DNA from: Bacillota bacterium
Lineage (GTDB): Bacteria; Bacillota_I; Bacilli_A; Acholeplasmatales; UBA5453
Assembly: GCA_023436805.1 (NCBI GenBank)
Contig: JAEZHT010000078.1
Location: 9,766-73,765, forward strand
Direction: 5' to 3'
DNA: 64,000 nucleotides
The notes under the pieces were generated by a model, which was given only the letters and a program-made list of their open reading frames with translations, made no database searches and was not told where the DNA came from. A program made the translations under genes and the position numbers. How positions within the stretch are numbered: the stretch's first letter is position 1; each line of letters starts with the position of its first letter. Below, piece by piece: positions 62,240 to 64,000 of the stretch.

Positions 62240-63754
62240 ATGAAAAAAATACTCTCCTTATTATTGTTAGTATTGATCCTCACGGGTTGCCAACCGAAAA
62301 AACAAGAGTTTAATTTAGCAGAAATCAACCCTCAAAATGACACATATTACCAACTATTCGTACGCTCATTCGCTGACAGCGATGGCGATGGTGTTGGTGA
62401 TATCAACGGCATCACTGAAAATCTCGATTATTTAGAAGATTTGGGCATCACTGGCATTTGGTTGATGCCAATCAACCCTTCACCAAGCTATCATGGGTAT
62501 AGCATTACAGATTATTATGACATTGACCCTGAATATGGCACACTTGAAGATTTCCAAAACTTGATCGATACAGCCCATGAAAAAGGCATTACCATCATGA
62601 TCGATTTGGTCATCAACCATACATCAGATCAACACCCATGGTATGTGGATGCGAGAAGTTCAAATAGCAGCCCATATCGTGATTATTACATTTGGCAAGG
62701 TTCAACCGCATTCTCCTCTTTCGTTGGTGGTATGGTGGACTTAAACCTTGAAAATGAAGGGGTCAAAACAGAAATTAAAAACATCTTCGATTTTTACTTA
62801 GAAATGGGTGTTAGAGGGTTTAGACTCGACGCAGCGAAGCATTTCTTCCAAAAACCAGGTGTTTCCGCAGTCACATTGAAAAATACATTCTTCTTATTAG
62901 AAATGAATGCTTATATTAAAGAAACTTATCCAGATTCATTCATTACCGCTGAAGTATGGGAAACCAACCATGAGTTCAATGTGGATTACTTCATTGGTAC
63001 CGACTCCATCTTGGATTTCACCATCGCAAGTATCATTCAAAACCGCATCGGTGTGGGCACAAACACTTATCAACTCGCTTCATCGATCAAACGTGTACTC
63101 GATGATTATCGCGCAGTGAATCCAAACTTTGTCGCAAGCCCATTCATCACTAACCATGACTTAGACCGCATCGCTTCGATGTCGGGCTTCAATGGGGCTC
63201 AAGGCTTGGAACGTATGAAGCTTGCAGCCAATGTCTTGTTGACATTACCAGGGTCACCGTTCATTTATTATGGCGATGAAATTGGTATGAAAGGTGTCCG
63301 CTATGAAGGCACCAACATCCCAGGGTATGGTGTGGTATACGATGAATACCGTAGACAACCATTGTTATGGGGAAACCCAGCCATTCAAACGACGTGGTTA
63401 CCAAGCGATGGATCGAATAATAATACCGCCGAAATCCCTACTCAATTGGCCAACCCAAACTCATTATTGAATCAATATAAAACCATGATTCAACTTAGAA
63501 ACGCACACCCTGCATTGGCTTATGGTAATTATTTTGAACCATTTAAAGATAATCAAGGCGCACTTCAAGGCTATGTAAGATATTATCAGTATGAAGATTT
63601 AGAAGAAGCGGTTTTGATCATCCACAACTTAGCAACCACCACCAGAATCTTAGATATTCCACATGAATCGATTATTTATGGGTCGCTTGAACTTGGTGCG
63701 TTCCAAACCGTCATTCTTAAGATTAATCCAAGTCAAATTGGAGATTACATCTAA
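62240..63754 (+). CDS. GH13 alpha-amylase family lipoprotein
   Basis: Lipobox LTGC; YQLFVRSFADSDGDGVGD, DLVINH, GFRLDAAKH, AEVW, FITNHD. Confidence 0.93.
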   Translation: MKKILSLLLLVLILTGCQPKKQEFNLAEINPQNDTYYQLFVRSFADSDGDGVGDINGITENLDYLEDLGITGIWLMPINPSPSYHGYSITDYYDIDPEYGTLEDFQNLIDTAHEKGITIMIDLVINHTSDQHPWYVDARSSNSSPYRDYYIWQGSTAFSSFVGGMVDLNLENEGVKTEIKNIFDFYLEMGVRGFRLDAAKHFFQKPGVSAVTLKNTFFLLEMNAYIKETYPDSFITAEVWETNHEFNVDYFIGTDSILDFTIASIIQNRIGVGTNTYQLASSIKRVLDDYRAVNPNFVASPFITNHDLDRIASMSGFNGAQGLERMKLAANVLLTLPGSPFIYYGDEIGMKGVRYEGTNIPGYGVVYDEYRRQPLLWGNPAIQTTWLPSDGSNNNTAEIPTQLANPNSLLNQYKTMIQLRNAHPALAYGNYFEPFKDNQGALQGYVRYYQYEDLEEAVLIIHNLATTTRILDIPHESIIYGSLELGAFQTVILKINPSQIGDYI

Positions 63755-64000
63755 TGTTTTTGGTGAAGTATTTCAAAGCGTCTTTTCAATTCAGTACGCT
63801 TTTAACCCACTCCGATGAGAAGTTTACGAAGTTATGGACGTATTTCATCGTATTATCATTGATTGCTTTGTTTCCGATGAATTTCTTAATTCAACGACAA
63901 GAAGGCTTTCGCTTAGATTTCATTGAACAAGATTTTCTAGAATCGTCACCCAATTGGGTGTTACCAAGCAACTGTTCGATTCAAGTCAATCGTTTGATGT
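63754..64000 (+). CDS. Partial membrane protein, possibly MalA/DUF1189-like maltodextrin utilisation protein
   Basis: ATG overlaps the amylase TAA; frame open to the window end (MFLVKYFKASFQ...YFIVLSLIALFP); amylase context. Confidence 0.5.
   Translation, partial: MFLVKYFKASFQFSTLLTHSDEKFTKLWTYFIVLSLIALFPMNFLIQRQEGFRLDFIEQDFLESSPNWVLPSNCSIQVNRLM

Overview
AT-rich bacterial chromosome segment using genetic code 11 (TGA is a stop, TGG is Trp). Gene order is compact and Firmicute-like: dnaX-ybaB-recR, rpoE-pyrG-fba, tilS-hpt-ftsH, tsaE-tsaB-rimI-tsaD. No cell-wall genes are seen at their usual positions (no glmM after cdaA, no murA after fba), and there are several lipoproteins. This fits a wall-less Acholeplasmataceae-type mollicute, which is an inference not checked by search. 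There are about 56 CDSs, mostly housekeeping; no rRNA, tRNA, IS, prophage or CRISPR was recognised. Main points: (1) 1-10.7 kb looks like a surface nucleic-acid harvesting system, with a CUT1 ABC permease, an Ig-stalked solute-binding lipoprotein, two multidomain staphylococcal-nuclease lipoproteins (PASTA/Ig/LTD/OB modules) and a 1187-aa non-catalytic Ig-repeat/OB-fold lipoprotein. (2) A c-di-AMP locus in which cdaA is followed by an unannotated 57-aa membrane peptide at the cdaR position and a PAS-PAS protein with a dead GGDEF domain. (3) A DUF2177 / DAK2-DegV fusion / DUF1295 lipid operon divergent from a class II photolyase. (4) Two readable pyrimidine attenuators: a pyrG reiterative-transcription leader and a variant PyrR leader before uraA.
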